This document shows, piece after piece, positions 19,756 to 30,255 of a stretch of 64,000 nt of DNA; the first letter of the stretch is position 1; every line of letters starts with the position of its first letter. A program made the position numbers and the translations under genes. Under the pieces are notes generated by a model that did not search any database, had not been told where the DNA came from, and saw only the letters and a list, made by a program, of their open reading frames with translations. Source of the DNA: an uncultured Staphylococcaceae bacterium (GTDB lineage: Bacteria; Bacillota_I; Bacilli_A; ML615J-28; CAG-313); NCBI GenBank assembly GCA_964541525.1, contig CAZIQF010000005.1, forward strand, positions 5,114-69,113, written 5' to 3'.

Positions 19756-20961
19756 ATGCATAAAATACTTATTAAATTATTTATCAAAGATTATAATAAC
19801 TTATCATCACCTAAGGTTCGAGCTGCCTATGGAGCACTTGCAGGAATCGTCGGTATTATTAGTAATATCTTATTAGCGGGACTCAAAATTATTATTGGTA
19901 TTCTTGCTATCTCACCATCAATTATCGCTGATGGGATTAATAATTTAACCGATGGTGTTAGTTCAATTATCACCTTAGTTGGATTTAAGTTAAGCAGTAA
20001 ACAAGCCGATAGTGATCATCCGTATGGTCATCAAAGACTAGAATATATTACGGGGCTAATTATTGCTTTTATCATTTTTATCATTGGCATTACGCTATTG
20101 AAAGATTCAATCGTTGGTGTTTATGAATTATTTACAGGGCAAGCTAAAGCTCTTGATATTGTTAATCCCGTTGTTATTATTGGTTGTTTAGTATTATCAA
20201 TTGGTATGAAATTTTTGCAATCATCTTTCTATAAAAAAATGGGAACAATTGTCTCATCAGATGCTTTATTTGCGAGTGCCAAAGATTCACTTAATGACTG
20301 CATCACAACTGTAGCCGTTTTAATTTCAACACTTGTTTATATTTTTAGTAATGGTAAAATTAATATCGATAGTATCGCTTTACTAGTTGTTTCTATCTTT
20401 ATTTTAGTATCAAGCATCAGCTTAATTAAAGATACAATTGATCCATTAGTAGGAGTAATCCCAAGTGACGAAGAAGTAACAAAAATTGCTAATGCGATTA
20501 AGGCTTATGATGGAGTATTAGGAATTCATGATTTAGTTGTTCATAGTTATGGTCCAAATATGAATTTTGTCACTGTTCATGTTGAAGTATCGCGAGAAGT
20601 AGATGTGATGAAAAGCCATGATTTAATTGATAATATTGAACATGAAGTATCTAAACTATTAAATATTTTGTTAACAATTCATATGGATCCAGTTGAGGTA
20701 AATGATGAAAAAACGAATGAAATTAAAGTAGTTGTTAAGCAAATTTTAGAGGATATTGACCCAAAGCTTTCGTTTCATGATTTTAGAATTGTTCCCGGGC
20801 CAACACATACCAATATTTTATTTGATGTTGTAATGCCTTTTGAATATCCAATTACTGCTAAAGAATTAAAAACAGCAATTGAAGATAAGGTTAAGGAACA
20901 CAATGAGACTTGGAATACAGTTATTGAAATTGATACAATGTATAGTAGGAATAAACATTAA
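19756..20961 (+). CDS. Cation diffusion facilitator (CDF) family metal efflux transporter
   Basis: N-terminal transmembrane domain with ..DSDHPYGHQRLEY.. (CDF signature region) and a C-terminal cytoplasmic domain. RBS AAGAGG. Confidence 0.8.
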   Translation: MHKILIKLFIKDYNNLSSPKVRAAYGALAGIVGIISNILLAGLKIIIGILAISPSIIADGINNLTDGVSSIITLVGFKLSSKQADSDHPYGHQRLEYITGLIIAFIIFIIGITLLKDSIVGVYELFTGQAKALDIVNPVVIIGCLVLSIGMKFLQSSFYKKMGTIVSSDALFASAKDSLNDCITTVAVLISTLVYIFSNGKINIDSIALLVVSIFILVSSISLIKDTIDPLVGVIPSDEEVTKIANAIKAYDGVLGIHDLVVHSYGPNMNFVTVHVEVSREVDVMKSHDLIDNIEHEVSKLLNILLTIHMDPVEVNDEKTNEIKVVVKQILEDIDPKLSFHDFRIVPGPTHTNILFDVVMPFEYPITAKELKTAIEDKVKEHNETWNTVIEIDTMYSRNKH

Positions 20962-21023
20962 TTACTTGATTTTAACTGAAATTTCTTGTATAATATAAAA
21001 AAGCAATCAAAAAGGAGATTAAT

Positions 21024-21449
21024 ATGAACTTAAAAAAAGTTGAAGAAATTTTAAATAAAGTTTTAAATAAAACTTGGGATCTAGGAGTAACATTTAAAAC
21101 AGAAGGTGATTTATTAACTGCTAGTGCTAATATTACAACAAAATCAATTGATGATGGAATTTTCTTTAAAGTCGGGGTTTTTGAATCATCTGCGTTCTTT
21201 ATAACTTTTGTTTTAGATAAAATTGAATATTCAAATTATGTATCTAAATTAATCTATGATTTTAATGCTCATTCAAAATGGTTAAATGCATATATTAGAG
21301 AAGATGGTTATTTAATTATTGAATATGCAATCAGATATACTAGTGAAGATATTCTAGAAGCTAATATTGATTTCTTATTAGAAGAATTTGTGTGTGAAGA
21401 TTGTATGAAGTATTTAAAACCATTAGCTGATGAAACACACGCTGAATAA
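21024..21449 (+). CDS. Hypothetical cytoplasmic protein, possibly YbjN-domain-like
   Basis: 141 aa. RBS AAGGAG. Family assignment weak. Confidence 0.4.
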   Translation: MNLKKVEEILNKVLNKTWDLGVTFKTEGDLLTASANITTKSIDDGIFFKVGVFESSAFFITFVLDKIEYSNYVSKLIYDFNAHSKWLNAYIREDGYLIIEYAIRYTSEDILEANIDFLLEEFVCEDCMKYLKPLADETHAE

Positions 21450-21550
21450 TAACATCAATAGTAAATTAGAAACCTAGTTTTTAATTTACTGTTTTTTTAG
21501 AAAAATCCTTATTTATCGAATCAACGATAAAAAGGAAAATAGGAGCATTT

Positions 21551-22471
21551 ATGAAAGAACTACTAAATAAATTTAAAGGACCAATTCTTTTATTTATTAC
21601 CGCCTTCTTTTGGGGAACAACTTTTGTAGCTCAATCTTTAGGCAGTGATTATGTTGGAGCCTTTACCTATAATGGTGGTAGATTTATTATTACCGGAATC
21701 ATTTTATCGCTATTTGTTGTAGTTAGATCCCTTATAACTAAAAAAAGGCCAATGATTGATACGACAATAATTGGTAAAAAGAAGGTTTATCTTTATGCTT
21801 GTTTGGTAGGTTTAACTTTATTTATCGGTGCGACTTTACAACAGCTAGGAATTAACTTAACTAAATCGCCAGCTAAATCAGGATTCATTACAACTACATA
21901 TATTGTTTTTGTTCCCCTACTTGGTCTATTTTTTAAAAAGAAAATTAAACCGATGCTTTGGATTTTATTAATCGTAGCTTTAATTGGTTCATATTTAATT
22001 TCCATCAATGGTAATTTAGAATTAGAATTAGGTGATTTATTAACTCTTGTATGTGCAATTGCTTTTGCTATGCAGATTGTATTTATCGATTTGGTAAGCC
22101 CATATATTGATAGCATATTATTAACGGCAATTGAATTTATGATTGCAGGAATAATGTCAATTATACTGATGTTGATATGCGAAGACATTAGTTTTACTAA
22201 TATTATTCATGCCGCACCAGCAATTTTATATGCAGCAGTCTTTTCTGGTTGTATTGCTTATACTTGTCAAATTATTGGTCAAAAATATACTGAAGCATCC
22301 GTAGCAACACTGATTATGAGTTTAGAATCAGTTATCGCGTTAATTAGTGGGGTTATTATTTTACATGATGTAATTACTTTAAGGATATGTATTGGTTGTA
22401 TTTTAATCTTTACTGCAACCATTTTGGCACAAGTTAATTTTGATAAATTATTTAAAAAGAAAACAAAATGA
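21551..22471 (+). CDS. DMT-superfamily (EamA-like) transporter
   Basis: 306 aa, 10 transmembrane helices in two repeated halves. Confidence 0.7.
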   Translation: MKELLNKFKGPILLFITAFFWGTTFVAQSLGSDYVGAFTYNGGRFIITGIILSLFVVVRSLITKKRPMIDTTIIGKKKVYLYACLVGLTLFIGATLQQLGINLTKSPAKSGFITTTYIVFVPLLGLFFKKKIKPMLWILLIVALIGSYLISINGNLELELGDLLTLVCAIAFAMQIVFIDLVSPYIDSILLTAIEFMIAGIMSIILMLICEDISFTNIIHAAPAILYAAVFSGCIAYTCQIIGQKYTEASVATLIMSLESVIALISGVIILHDVITLRICIGCILIFTATILAQVNFDKLFKKKTK

Positions 22472-22554
22472 TAACAAGCATTTGTAATTAAAACAAGTGC
22501 TTTTTTTGATAATTTGTGGTAAAATAGATATATATGATGAAAGGAGAAATCAAG

Positions 22555-24264
22555 ATGAAACGAGTTTTTAGTTATTTTAAACCATTACTACTAAAAGTCA
22601 TTTTATGTCTATTGATTAAAATTAGTGGTGTAATCATTGAATTATTTATTCCCATCCTTTTATCACATATTTTAGATGTTGTTGTTAAAGAAGGAACAAT
22701 GCTAGATATCGTTTTATATGGGCTACTAATGATTATTTGTTCATTAGGTGGTTTTTTCGGTAACTGTAAAGCTAATCAGATTGCAGCAAGGATTGCGAGA
22801 AACGTTTCAATTAATCTAAGAAAAGATTTATTTGAAAAAATCATGACGCTTAGTGCATCGACCGTTGATGAAGTTACAATCCCTTCGCTAGTTGCAAGAA
22901 TGTCAAGTGATACATATAATATTCATCAAATGTGTGGAATGATTTTAAGATTAGGAGTAAGAGCACCAATGCTTTTGATTGGTGGGACAGTTGCTACACT
23001 ATTTTTAGACCCAATGCTTACATTGGTCATCCTTGCTACCTTTCCTTTTGTGATTGGCATTTTATATTTAATATCAAAAACTTCAATCCCATTATTCACA
23101 AAACTTCAACAAGCAATTGATCAAATGGTTCAAACGATTAGAGAAACAATGACAGGGATTAGAGTAATCAAAGCTTTATCAAAAGAAGATTATGAGAATG
23201 GCAGGTTTAATCGGATTAATCAAAATGTGATTAATTATGAACTAAAATCAAGCAATGTCATGGCTAACTTAAATCCTTCGATTAATTTAATCTTAAATTT
23301 TGGGTTAACAGCAGTATTAGTAGTAGGAGCAATCCGAGTTAATGGTGGTGCAATTCTTCCTGGTAAAGTCCTTGCATTCACAACGTTCTTTCAAATGATT
23401 TTAAACGCAGTAATTGCGCTTAACCGGATGTTAACTGTTATCTCAAAAGCTTATGCTTCCGAACAAAGAATTAGTTATATTATGAATCTGGGACGTGATT
23501 TAAAGAAAGAAGAAGATATTACAAAATCTAAAGCGTTTATTGAATTTAGAAATGTTAATTTTTCCTATTTAGGTAGAAAGAATAATCTAACCAATATTAA
23601 TTTTAAATTAGAAAAAGGAGAAACTTTAGGAATTATTGGTTCAACCGGTAGTGGCAAGTCAACGATAATTAATCTATTATTAAGGTTATATGATGTCAAT
23701 AGTGGTATGGTTTTTGTTAATCATAAAAATATCAAAAATTACTCTGAAAGAAATTTAAAATCATATTTTGGCACAGCATTACAATATGATACATTATTTG
23801 CTGATACAATTTATAATAATATTGATTTCTTTAGAAATGTATCGAAGAAAAATTTGGATTTAGCAATTAAAACTTCAGCATCAAATTTTATTGATGATTT
23901 AGAACAAGGATTGAACACTAAACTATCACAAAAAGGAACCAATCTTTCAGGCGGACAAAGACAAAGAATTATTCTTGCAAGAGCCATAGCAGCTAAACCC
24001 AAAATTCTTATTTTAGATGATTCAACTAGTGCGTTAGATTACAAAACCGAAAGTATTGTCAGAGAAAATTTAAAAAAATATTATCAAGATACGACTTTAA
24101 TTATTGTTTCATCAAGAATCAGTTCAATCAAAAATGCTGATCAAATATTAGTATTAGAAAATGGAATGATTGATAGTTTAGGTACACATGACGAATTGAT
24201 GAAAACTTCTAAAATTTATCAAGAAATTTGTTACTCTCAATTAGGGGGTGATGCTGATGAATAG
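22555..24264 (+). CDS. ABC exporter, fused permease and ATPase (heterodimer half 1)
   Basis: 6 transmembrane helices plus a nucleotide-binding domain with GSTGSGKST, LSGGQRQR, ILILDD. Start chosen at the ATG after the RBS. Confidence 0.85.
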   Translation: MKRVFSYFKPLLLKVILCLLIKISGVIIELFIPILLSHILDVVVKEGTMLDIVLYGLLMIICSLGGFFGNCKANQIAARIARNVSINLRKDLFEKIMTLSASTVDEVTIPSLVARMSSDTYNIHQMCGMILRLGVRAPMLLIGGTVATLFLDPMLTLVILATFPFVIGILYLISKTSIPLFTKLQQAIDQMVQTIRETMTGIRVIKALSKEDYENGRFNRINQNVINYELKSSNVMANLNPSINLILNFGLTAVLVVGAIRVNGGAILPGKVLAFTTFFQMILNAVIALNRMLTVISKAYASEQRISYIMNLGRDLKKEEDITKSKAFIEFRNVNFSYLGRKNNLTNINFKLEKGETLGIIGSTGSGKSTIINLLLRLYDVNSGMVFVNHKNIKNYSERNLKSYFGTALQYDTLFADTIYNNIDFFRNVSKKNLDLAIKTSASNFIDDLEQGLNTKLSQKGTNLSGGQRQRIILARAIAAKPKILILDDSTSALDYKTESIVRENLKKYYQDTTLIIVSSRISSIKNADQILVLENGMIDSLGTHDELMKTSKIYQEICYSQLGGDADE

Positions 24265-26032
24265 AAGAATGGTTAGTTATGCTAAAGGTAAAGCTAAAAA
24301 TACTAAATATACATTGAAAAGATTAAAAGATTATCTATTTAAGTTTAGATATCTACTCCTTCTTGCATTTATTTTAACAATCGCTGCGAATGTATTATCA
24401 TTAATTGGACCAAAGATTACTGGTGATATCATGGATATAATTGAATTAGGCAAAGGCAATATTACAATGAGTAAAGTTTATTACTTAGCACTATTAATGC
24501 TGATTTGTTATTTTACTTCCGCTTTTGCATCACTCCTTCTAGCAAAATTAATGATTAAAATTAGTAAAAAAATTGTCTTTACAATGCGTAAAGATGCATA
24601 TGATAAAATGATGAAATTACCAATTGCTTATTATGATAATCATGCAGTAGGTGATGTCATCAGCCGTCTATCTTATGATATTGATACAGTTAATACTTCA
24701 TTGTCTAGTGATTTAATTCAAATTTTAACAAGTATTATTACGATTGTTGGTGCTTTAATTATGATGATTATTGTCTCTAGTGCATTAGTTTTAGTTTTTG
24801 TTATTACCATTCCAATCTCCCTTTTATTTACAAGAATTATGGTTAAAAAGACCAGCAAATATTTTAAAGAACGTTCTAAGCAATTAGGTAATCTCAATGG
24901 ATATACGGAAGAAATGATTACTGGGCTTAAAACGATTAAGGCTTATGGCAAAGAAAAAACGATTATTGAAAACTTTAATTATCATAATACTATAGCTGCT
25001 GATGCAAGTTATATGGCGGAATATTATAGTGCTTATACTGGACCAGGGGTAAATTTTGTTAATAATTTATCACTTTCATTAATCTGTTTATTTGGTGCAA
25101 TCCTTAATCGAAATCAGTTATTATCAATAGGTCAGATTTCATCATTTGTGCTTTACTCCAAAAAATTCTCAGGACCAATTAATGAAATCGCAAATATTAT
25201 TGTCGATATCCAAAGTGCTTTAGCTGCAGCTGAACGTGTATTTGAACTAATTGATGAGAAAGAAGAATTAAGCGATAGTGATAATGCAACTCAATTAGTT
25301 AGTGCTAAAGGAATGATTGAATTTAAGAATGTTTATTTTGTCTATCAACCAAATCAAATGATTCTGAACAATATTAGTTTTAAAGCATTAGAAGGAAAAA
25401 CAATTGCAATTGTTGGTCCAACCGGAAGTGGCAAAACAACGATTGTTAATTTATTGATGCGATTCTATGACATTAATTCCGGTTCAATCTTTTTAGATGA
25501 GCATAATATTGAATTAATAACAAGATCATCACTAAGAAATAAATATGCAATGGTCTTACAAGATACCTGGTTATTTGAAGGAACCATTTTAGAAAATTTA
25601 GCATATGGCCGAGATGATTTAACTTTAGATGAAGTGAAACAGGCAGCAAAAATGGCTTTAGTTGATACTCTAATTGAAAGAATGCCAGAAGGTTATCATA
25701 CGATCTTAACTGAAGGTGGAACTAATATTTCTAAAGGGCAAAAACAATTATTAACGATTGCTAGAGCTATGCTGTTAGATGCGAAAATCCTAATTTTAGA
25801 TGAAGCTACTTCTTCAGTTGATACTAGAACTGAGATTAAAGTTAGTCTTGCAATGAAAGAATTAATGAAAGATAAAACTTCATTTATTATTGCTCATCGA
25901 CTTTCAACCATTAAAAATGCAGATTTGATTTTAGTGGTTAAAGATGGAAAGATTATTGAACAAGGAACCCATAAAGAATTATTAAAACAAAATGGTTTTT
26001 ATTATGGATTATACAATTCGCAATTTAATTAA
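24257..26032 (+). CDS. ABC exporter, fused permease and ATPase (heterodimer half 2)
   Basis: GPTGSGKTT, ISKGQKQLL, ILILDEATS. Overlaps the upstream partner gene. Confidence 0.85.
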   Translation: MNRRMVSYAKGKAKNTKYTLKRLKDYLFKFRYLLLLAFILTIAANVLSLIGPKITGDIMDIIELGKGNITMSKVYYLALLMLICYFTSAFASLLLAKLMIKISKKIVFTMRKDAYDKMMKLPIAYYDNHAVGDVISRLSYDIDTVNTSLSSDLIQILTSIITIVGALIMMIIVSSALVLVFVITIPISLLFTRIMVKKTSKYFKERSKQLGNLNGYTEEMITGLKTIKAYGKEKTIIENFNYHNTIAADASYMAEYYSAYTGPGVNFVNNLSLSLICLFGAILNRNQLLSIGQISSFVLYSKKFSGPINEIANIIVDIQSALAAAERVFELIDEKEELSDSDNATQLVSAKGMIEFKNVYFVYQPNQMILNNISFKALEGKTIAIVGPTGSGKTTIVNLLMRFYDINSGSIFLDEHNIELITRSSLRNKYAMVLQDTWLFEGTILENLAYGRDDLTLDEVKQAAKMALVDTLIERMPEGYHTILTEGGTNISKGQKQLLTIARAMLLDAKILILDEATSSVDTRTEIKVSLAMKELMKDKTSFIIAHRLSTIKNADLILVVKDGKIIEQGTHKELLKQNGFYYGLYNSQFN

Positions 26033-26059
26033 AAAGGGAAGTTCATGGCGAACTTCTTT

Positions 26060-26527
26060 TTAATTTTGTAGATAAAGCATAATTGAGTATACTGTTGCAA
26101 ACATTGTCCAAAGAATATATGGTAGATAAAGGTAAGTTAATTTTTTCTTTAGAAGTAAACTTTGCATTGCAAGTAAGATTGAAGTCATACAAGTAAGTAG
26201 CGTAACAATATATGAAAAAAAGAGATTATGCATTACAAAAAATGCTAAAGGAAATAAAAAGATTAAGATATAGTTGATAATAACTAAAATAAAGTAATGT
26301 TTAACTTCCCTTTGATCATAGTCTTTTCGATGATATATGTAATATGAATTCACAAAAGCTAAGCATAAAAAGATAATTGCCCAAGCAATAATAAAGATAA
26401 TTGGTGGTACAAAGTTTCCTTTTAAACTTGTATAAAATTCATTATCTTGTCTAAAAATTAATGATGGCAAAAAATAGATAATTAGAAATAAGGCAAAGAT
26501 TAAGATTTTTTTAAAATTAAGTTTCAT
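26060..26527 (-). CDS. TspO/MBR-family (tryptophan-rich sensory protein-like) membrane protein
   Basis: About 155 aa, 5 transmembrane helices. LKGNFVPPIIFIIAWAIIFLCLA resembles the TspO ..KPSW.PP..F..VW..LY motif. Confidence 0.45.
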   Translation of the reverse strand: MKLNFKKILIFALFLIIYFLPSLIFRQDNEFYTSLKGNFVPPIIFIIAWAIIFLCLAFVNSYYIYHRKDYDQREVKHYFILVIINYILIFLFPLAFFVMHNLFFSYIVTLLTCMTSILLAMQSLLLKKKLTYLYLPYILWTMFATVYSIMLYLQN

Positions 26528-26617
26528 AAGTAGCTTTCCTTTCAATAGATTTTATGAAAAGGATCTATAGATTATTACAAAAAGAATTAGCAAAAATAAT
26601 TGCTAATCCCCTTTTAT

Positions 26618-26908
26618 TTATTTGACATAATCTTGATTTGAACAACATTCATTATAAGGCATATTTAATGGCTCAATATTTTGTTGTTCTTTTTGAATTA
26701 CTGAATCATCAACATTTTCAGTTTGATAGAAACCTTTGGCTTCCATTTGTTTGTAGATTGCATTTTGCCATTCTAAACATACATTAAGTCCAGTTTGAAA
26801 GGTTTGATGTACATGCGGATTAGAACTTTCGGTAGTGGCAGAAAATAAAATTGTACAAAGTGATTTTACTTGTGTTAGTAAACTTTCATAATAAAATTTT
26901 TCGTCCAT
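26618..26908 (-). CDS. Coat F domain-like small protein (spore coat protein family)
   Basis: ..SLCTILFSATTESSNPHVHQTFQ...QMEAKGFY fits the Coat_F pattern (..ES.NP..RQ.F....M..KGWY). Confidence 0.45.
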   Translation of the reverse strand: MDEKFYYESLLTQVKSLCTILFSATTESSNPHVHQTFQTGLNVCLEWQNAIYKQMEAKGFYQTENVDDSVIQKEQQNIEPLNMPYNECCSNQDYVK

Positions 26909-27132
26909 TAGTTTACTCCTTTCGTATAAACTAAATTAGTCATTGTTTTGTAAGCATCAGTAGCTTCAGTTAATAATGTGCAAATAAAACCTTTTGCTTC
27001 TTTGCTTAAATCTTCAGCTTTATAAGCATTGCACATATCAGTAAGATGTTTTAAATGGTTTACTGCATCCATTGTGTAAAGTAATTCTTTTTGGGTCATA
27101 TTTAAAATCTCCTTCAAATTTAGTTTTAACAA
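26908..27132 (-). CDS. Small helical protein, possibly a second Coat F-like protein
   Basis: 74 aa. Overlaps the downstream gene by 1 nt. Confidence 0.35.
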   Translation of the reverse strand: MLKLNLKEILNMTQKELLYTMDAVNHLKHLTDMCNAYKAEDLSKEAKGFICTLLTEATDAYKTMTNLVYTKGVN

Positions 27133-27259
27133 ATTTGTTCTTTTTATAATTGTTAAATATTTCCATAATTAATGGATTAACTTGCATATATCTAGAGTTT
27201 TTCTTCAAAATTTGGTATATTAAAAGTAGTGAAGAAGAATAAAAATATAAGGAGGCAAT

Positions 27260-29956
27260 ATGAACAAAATTTTTAAAATCTGCTTAAGTTTAATGATTAC
27301 TTTATCATTGATTGCAGTAATTGTAGTTGATGAAGGAAATAAGCAGACTAATGCTGCAGGGGCAACTACAGCAATTGTTGATGATAATGGTAATGTCGTT
27401 AAATATCGTAATAGTAGTGAATCAATAATGCGTTTAACGGAATATGATTATCCAAATCAAGAATTAAGAGCTTGTTGGGTATCTAACTTTGTTAATAGCT
27501 TACCCGCATATACTAATGAAGAAGCATGGAAAGTTTCATATACGCATGTTTTAGATCAAATGGAAGCATATGGTTTAAATTGTATTATTTTCCATGTGCG
27601 TACCCATAATAATGCACTATATAACTCAAAATTAAATCCGGTTGCAACTTGGTTTGCTAATGTTAATTTTGATGAATTTGATCCACTTGCATGGTCAATT
27701 GAAGAAACACATCGAAGAGGAATTGAGTTTCACGCATGGCTTAATCCATATCGTGTAAACGATAGTTTTTGTGCTGAATATTATCCGGAAGGAAATCCCG
27801 CAAACGATGAAAGTAATTTATTATCGAATGGTACAACTACGATTTTAAATCCTGGTATTCAGTCAAATCGTGATTTTATTGTTAATACATGTATGGAAGT
27901 TGTAGAAAATTATAATGTTGATGCGATTCATTTTGATGATTATTTTTATATTTCTGGTGTTGAAACAAGTAAATCAGGTAACTGGAAAAGAGAACAAGTA
28001 AATCTATTTATTGAAGATTTATCAAATCAATTAAGAGCGTATAATAAGCAACATCAAAAAGCAGTTCAATTAGGTATTTCACCTAGTGGTATCTACCAAA
28101 ACGGAAGCTATTCAACTAAGCCAAGTTATGATGCAAATGGCAACTTAACATCGCCACTTGGTTCAAATACAGCTGGTTTTGCTCATTATGATCATTATCT
28201 ATATTCTGATACATTACACTGGATTAATGAAGAATGGATTGACTATATTATGCCTCAAGCTTATTGGTCATTAGAACATACTGTAGCTAGTTTTGGTGCA
28301 ATCTCCCGTTGGTGGAGTTGGGCTGTAGCTAACAAAGATGTGAATCTATATTTGGGAATGGGAATTTATATGCCAGTAGAAGGTGGTTCAAGTGGAACTT
28401 ATTGGCAAAAGAATAAATATGAAGTTCGTGATCAAATTTTAAATGGTTCGATGTATGAAGAAGTTGGTGGTTTCTCATTTTATAGTTATAACTATATGAC
28501 AAGTAGTAATGTATATGTTAAAACAGGGATGGATATTGTTAAAAATGATTATTGGGCATCTAAAATTCCATGTGATGTTAAAAAATATTATGCTGATCAA
28601 TATGATACAATTACACCACAAAACTTTTTCATCAGTGGTAGTACTTTAAATCTTGAAACATCTGACGCAGTAAGAGGGCATATTATATATAAAGTTCATC
28701 ATACAAAACAATTAGATCAAACCGATCTTACACAAATTTATTACTATGGTAACGATTCATCAATAACTTTAGATAATACTAATGAATATTCATATTATAT
28801 TGCAACAGTAAATCTTGCAAATGAAATTAGTGAAGCAGTTATCGCAACCGCATCTAACCTTAGTAGTGCATACGTTGTTGAAAAAATTAATGCTCTTCCA
28901 GAAGTTATTAAAGTTGAACATGAAGAAAATTTAAACTTAATTGTCGATGCATATAATGCTTTATCGGAACAGGAAAAAGCCAAAGTCTATAACTATCAAA
29001 GATTAGTTGATGCGTTAAATACAGTAACCAAGAAAAAAGCAGGCATCCTTGCTTTAGAAGATTATGTAATTTTAAGTTTATATAGCAGTGCTAATCAAGC
29101 TGTACTAACTAATTTACTTACTACCTATACTGAGCAAATTGATAATCTAACAGATTTATCCAAGATTGATGGTATTATTACAGAATTTAAACAAGAAGTA
29201 GATAAAATTCCAACAACTAATGCTGAACTACAAGCAGCGATTACTTCAGCATTATCCGAACTAGAATTATTCTATCAATCATTAGATAAGACATACTATA
29301 CAAAACAAAACCTAGAATCAATTGATAAGATTTACAATGAATCAAAAACAAAAATTAAAAATAGTACTGACATTCAAACAATTAAAAATATTGTTAATAG
29401 TGCCAAAACAAGAATCAATGCGATCAAAACCTTTAAAGCTGATTATGAAAAAGCTCTTGTATCAATTGATACAGCATTAAATAATCATATCAGCGAATTA
29501 CTTCCAATTAAAGAATGGTTGACTACATATATTGACCAAATCAATAGTATTATTGCCGGTTTAAATGAAGCAGCTGCGGCTGTTGATAAAGAAACATTAG
29601 TTCAAACAGTTGAAGAATATACTAGTGAATTAATTGCTCAATTAGATCAACAAATCGCCGAACTTGAAATAGTTTATAATGCGATTTTAGCAGCTATCAC
29701 GGAAATTAATACTTATGAAGATAAAACGGATTTAAAAAATGAATATATTGAAAAAATGAATCAAGTTAATACAGTAGAAGAAGTAACTAATTTGTTGAAT
29801 GAATTTAAAACAAAATATCAACAAGATACTCCTACTCCACCAAATAATAGTGATGATAATGAAGATAAAGATTGTTCATTATTTGGTAGCATGATGTTTA
29901 TTCATCTACTTTCAATAATTTCATTAGGATATATCGTAATTCGCAAAAAATATTAA
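27260..29956 (+). CDS. Glycoside hydrolase-like family 10 (GHL10/DUF187, YngK-like) protein with a long helical C-terminal region and a C-terminal membrane anchor
   Basis: Signal peptide. ELRACWVSNF, CIIFHVRTHNNALY and IEFHAWLNPYRV are typical of GHL10/DUF187. C-terminal TM-like segment then IVIRKKY. Confidence 0.6.
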   Translation: MNKIFKICLSLMITLSLIAVIVVDEGNKQTNAAGATTAIVDDNGNVVKYRNSSESIMRLTEYDYPNQELRACWVSNFVNSLPAYTNEEAWKVSYTHVLDQMEAYGLNCIIFHVRTHNNALYNSKLNPVATWFANVNFDEFDPLAWSIEETHRRGIEFHAWLNPYRVNDSFCAEYYPEGNPANDESNLLSNGTTTILNPGIQSNRDFIVNTCMEVVENYNVDAIHFDDYFYISGVETSKSGNWKREQVNLFIEDLSNQLRAYNKQHQKAVQLGISPSGIYQNGSYSTKPSYDANGNLTSPLGSNTAGFAHYDHYLYSDTLHWINEEWIDYIMPQAYWSLEHTVASFGAISRWWSWAVANKDVNLYLGMGIYMPVEGGSSGTYWQKNKYEVRDQILNGSMYEEVGGFSFYSYNYMTSSNVYVKTGMDIVKNDYWASKIPCDVKKYYADQYDTITPQNFFISGSTLNLETSDAVRGHIIYKVHHTKQLDQTDLTQIYYYGNDSSITLDNTNEYSYYIATVNLANEISEAVIATASNLSSAYVVEKINALPEVIKVEHEENLNLIVDAYNALSEQEKAKVYNYQRLVDALNTVTKKKAGILALEDYVILSLYSSANQAVLTNLLTTYTEQIDNLTDLSKIDGIITEFKQEVDKIPTTNAELQAAITSALSELELFYQSLDKTYYTKQNLESIDKIYNESKTKIKNSTDIQTIKNIVNSAKTRINAIKTFKADYEKALVSIDTALNNHISELLPIKEWLTTYIDQINSIIAGLNEAAAAVDKETLVQTVEEYTSELIAQLDQQIAELEIVYNAILAAITEINTYEDKTDLKNEYIEKMNQVNTVEEVTNLLNEFKTKYQQDTPTPPNNSDDNEDKDCSLFGSMMFIHLLSIISLGYIVIRKKY

Positions 29957-29985
29957 TAAATAATGCTCCTATAAAAAATCAAGTT

Positions 29986-30018
29986 AAAGCACCTGTCAAT
30001 TGAACAGGTGCTTTTTTT
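29986..30018 (+). terminator. Rho-independent terminator
   Basis: AAAGCACCTGT-caattgaa-CAGGTGCTTT followed by TTTTT. Confidence 0.65.
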
Positions 30019-30255
30019 GCCAAATTATGATCAATATTGATTAACAGATCTCTAATCGAATACTTATTAAACTAAACTTGCTGTTTCTATTAGCACATTT
30101 TTATTGTATATTTTATTATTCTATTATTCTATGATATATTTATTATAAAGAAGATATAAAAAGAAACGTGTCTGCGTTTTTATTAATCATTTGTTTTGAA
30201 CTATCATAAAAAAGGTGTTATATTATATTGAAAAATGATGAAGGAGGGAAGAATT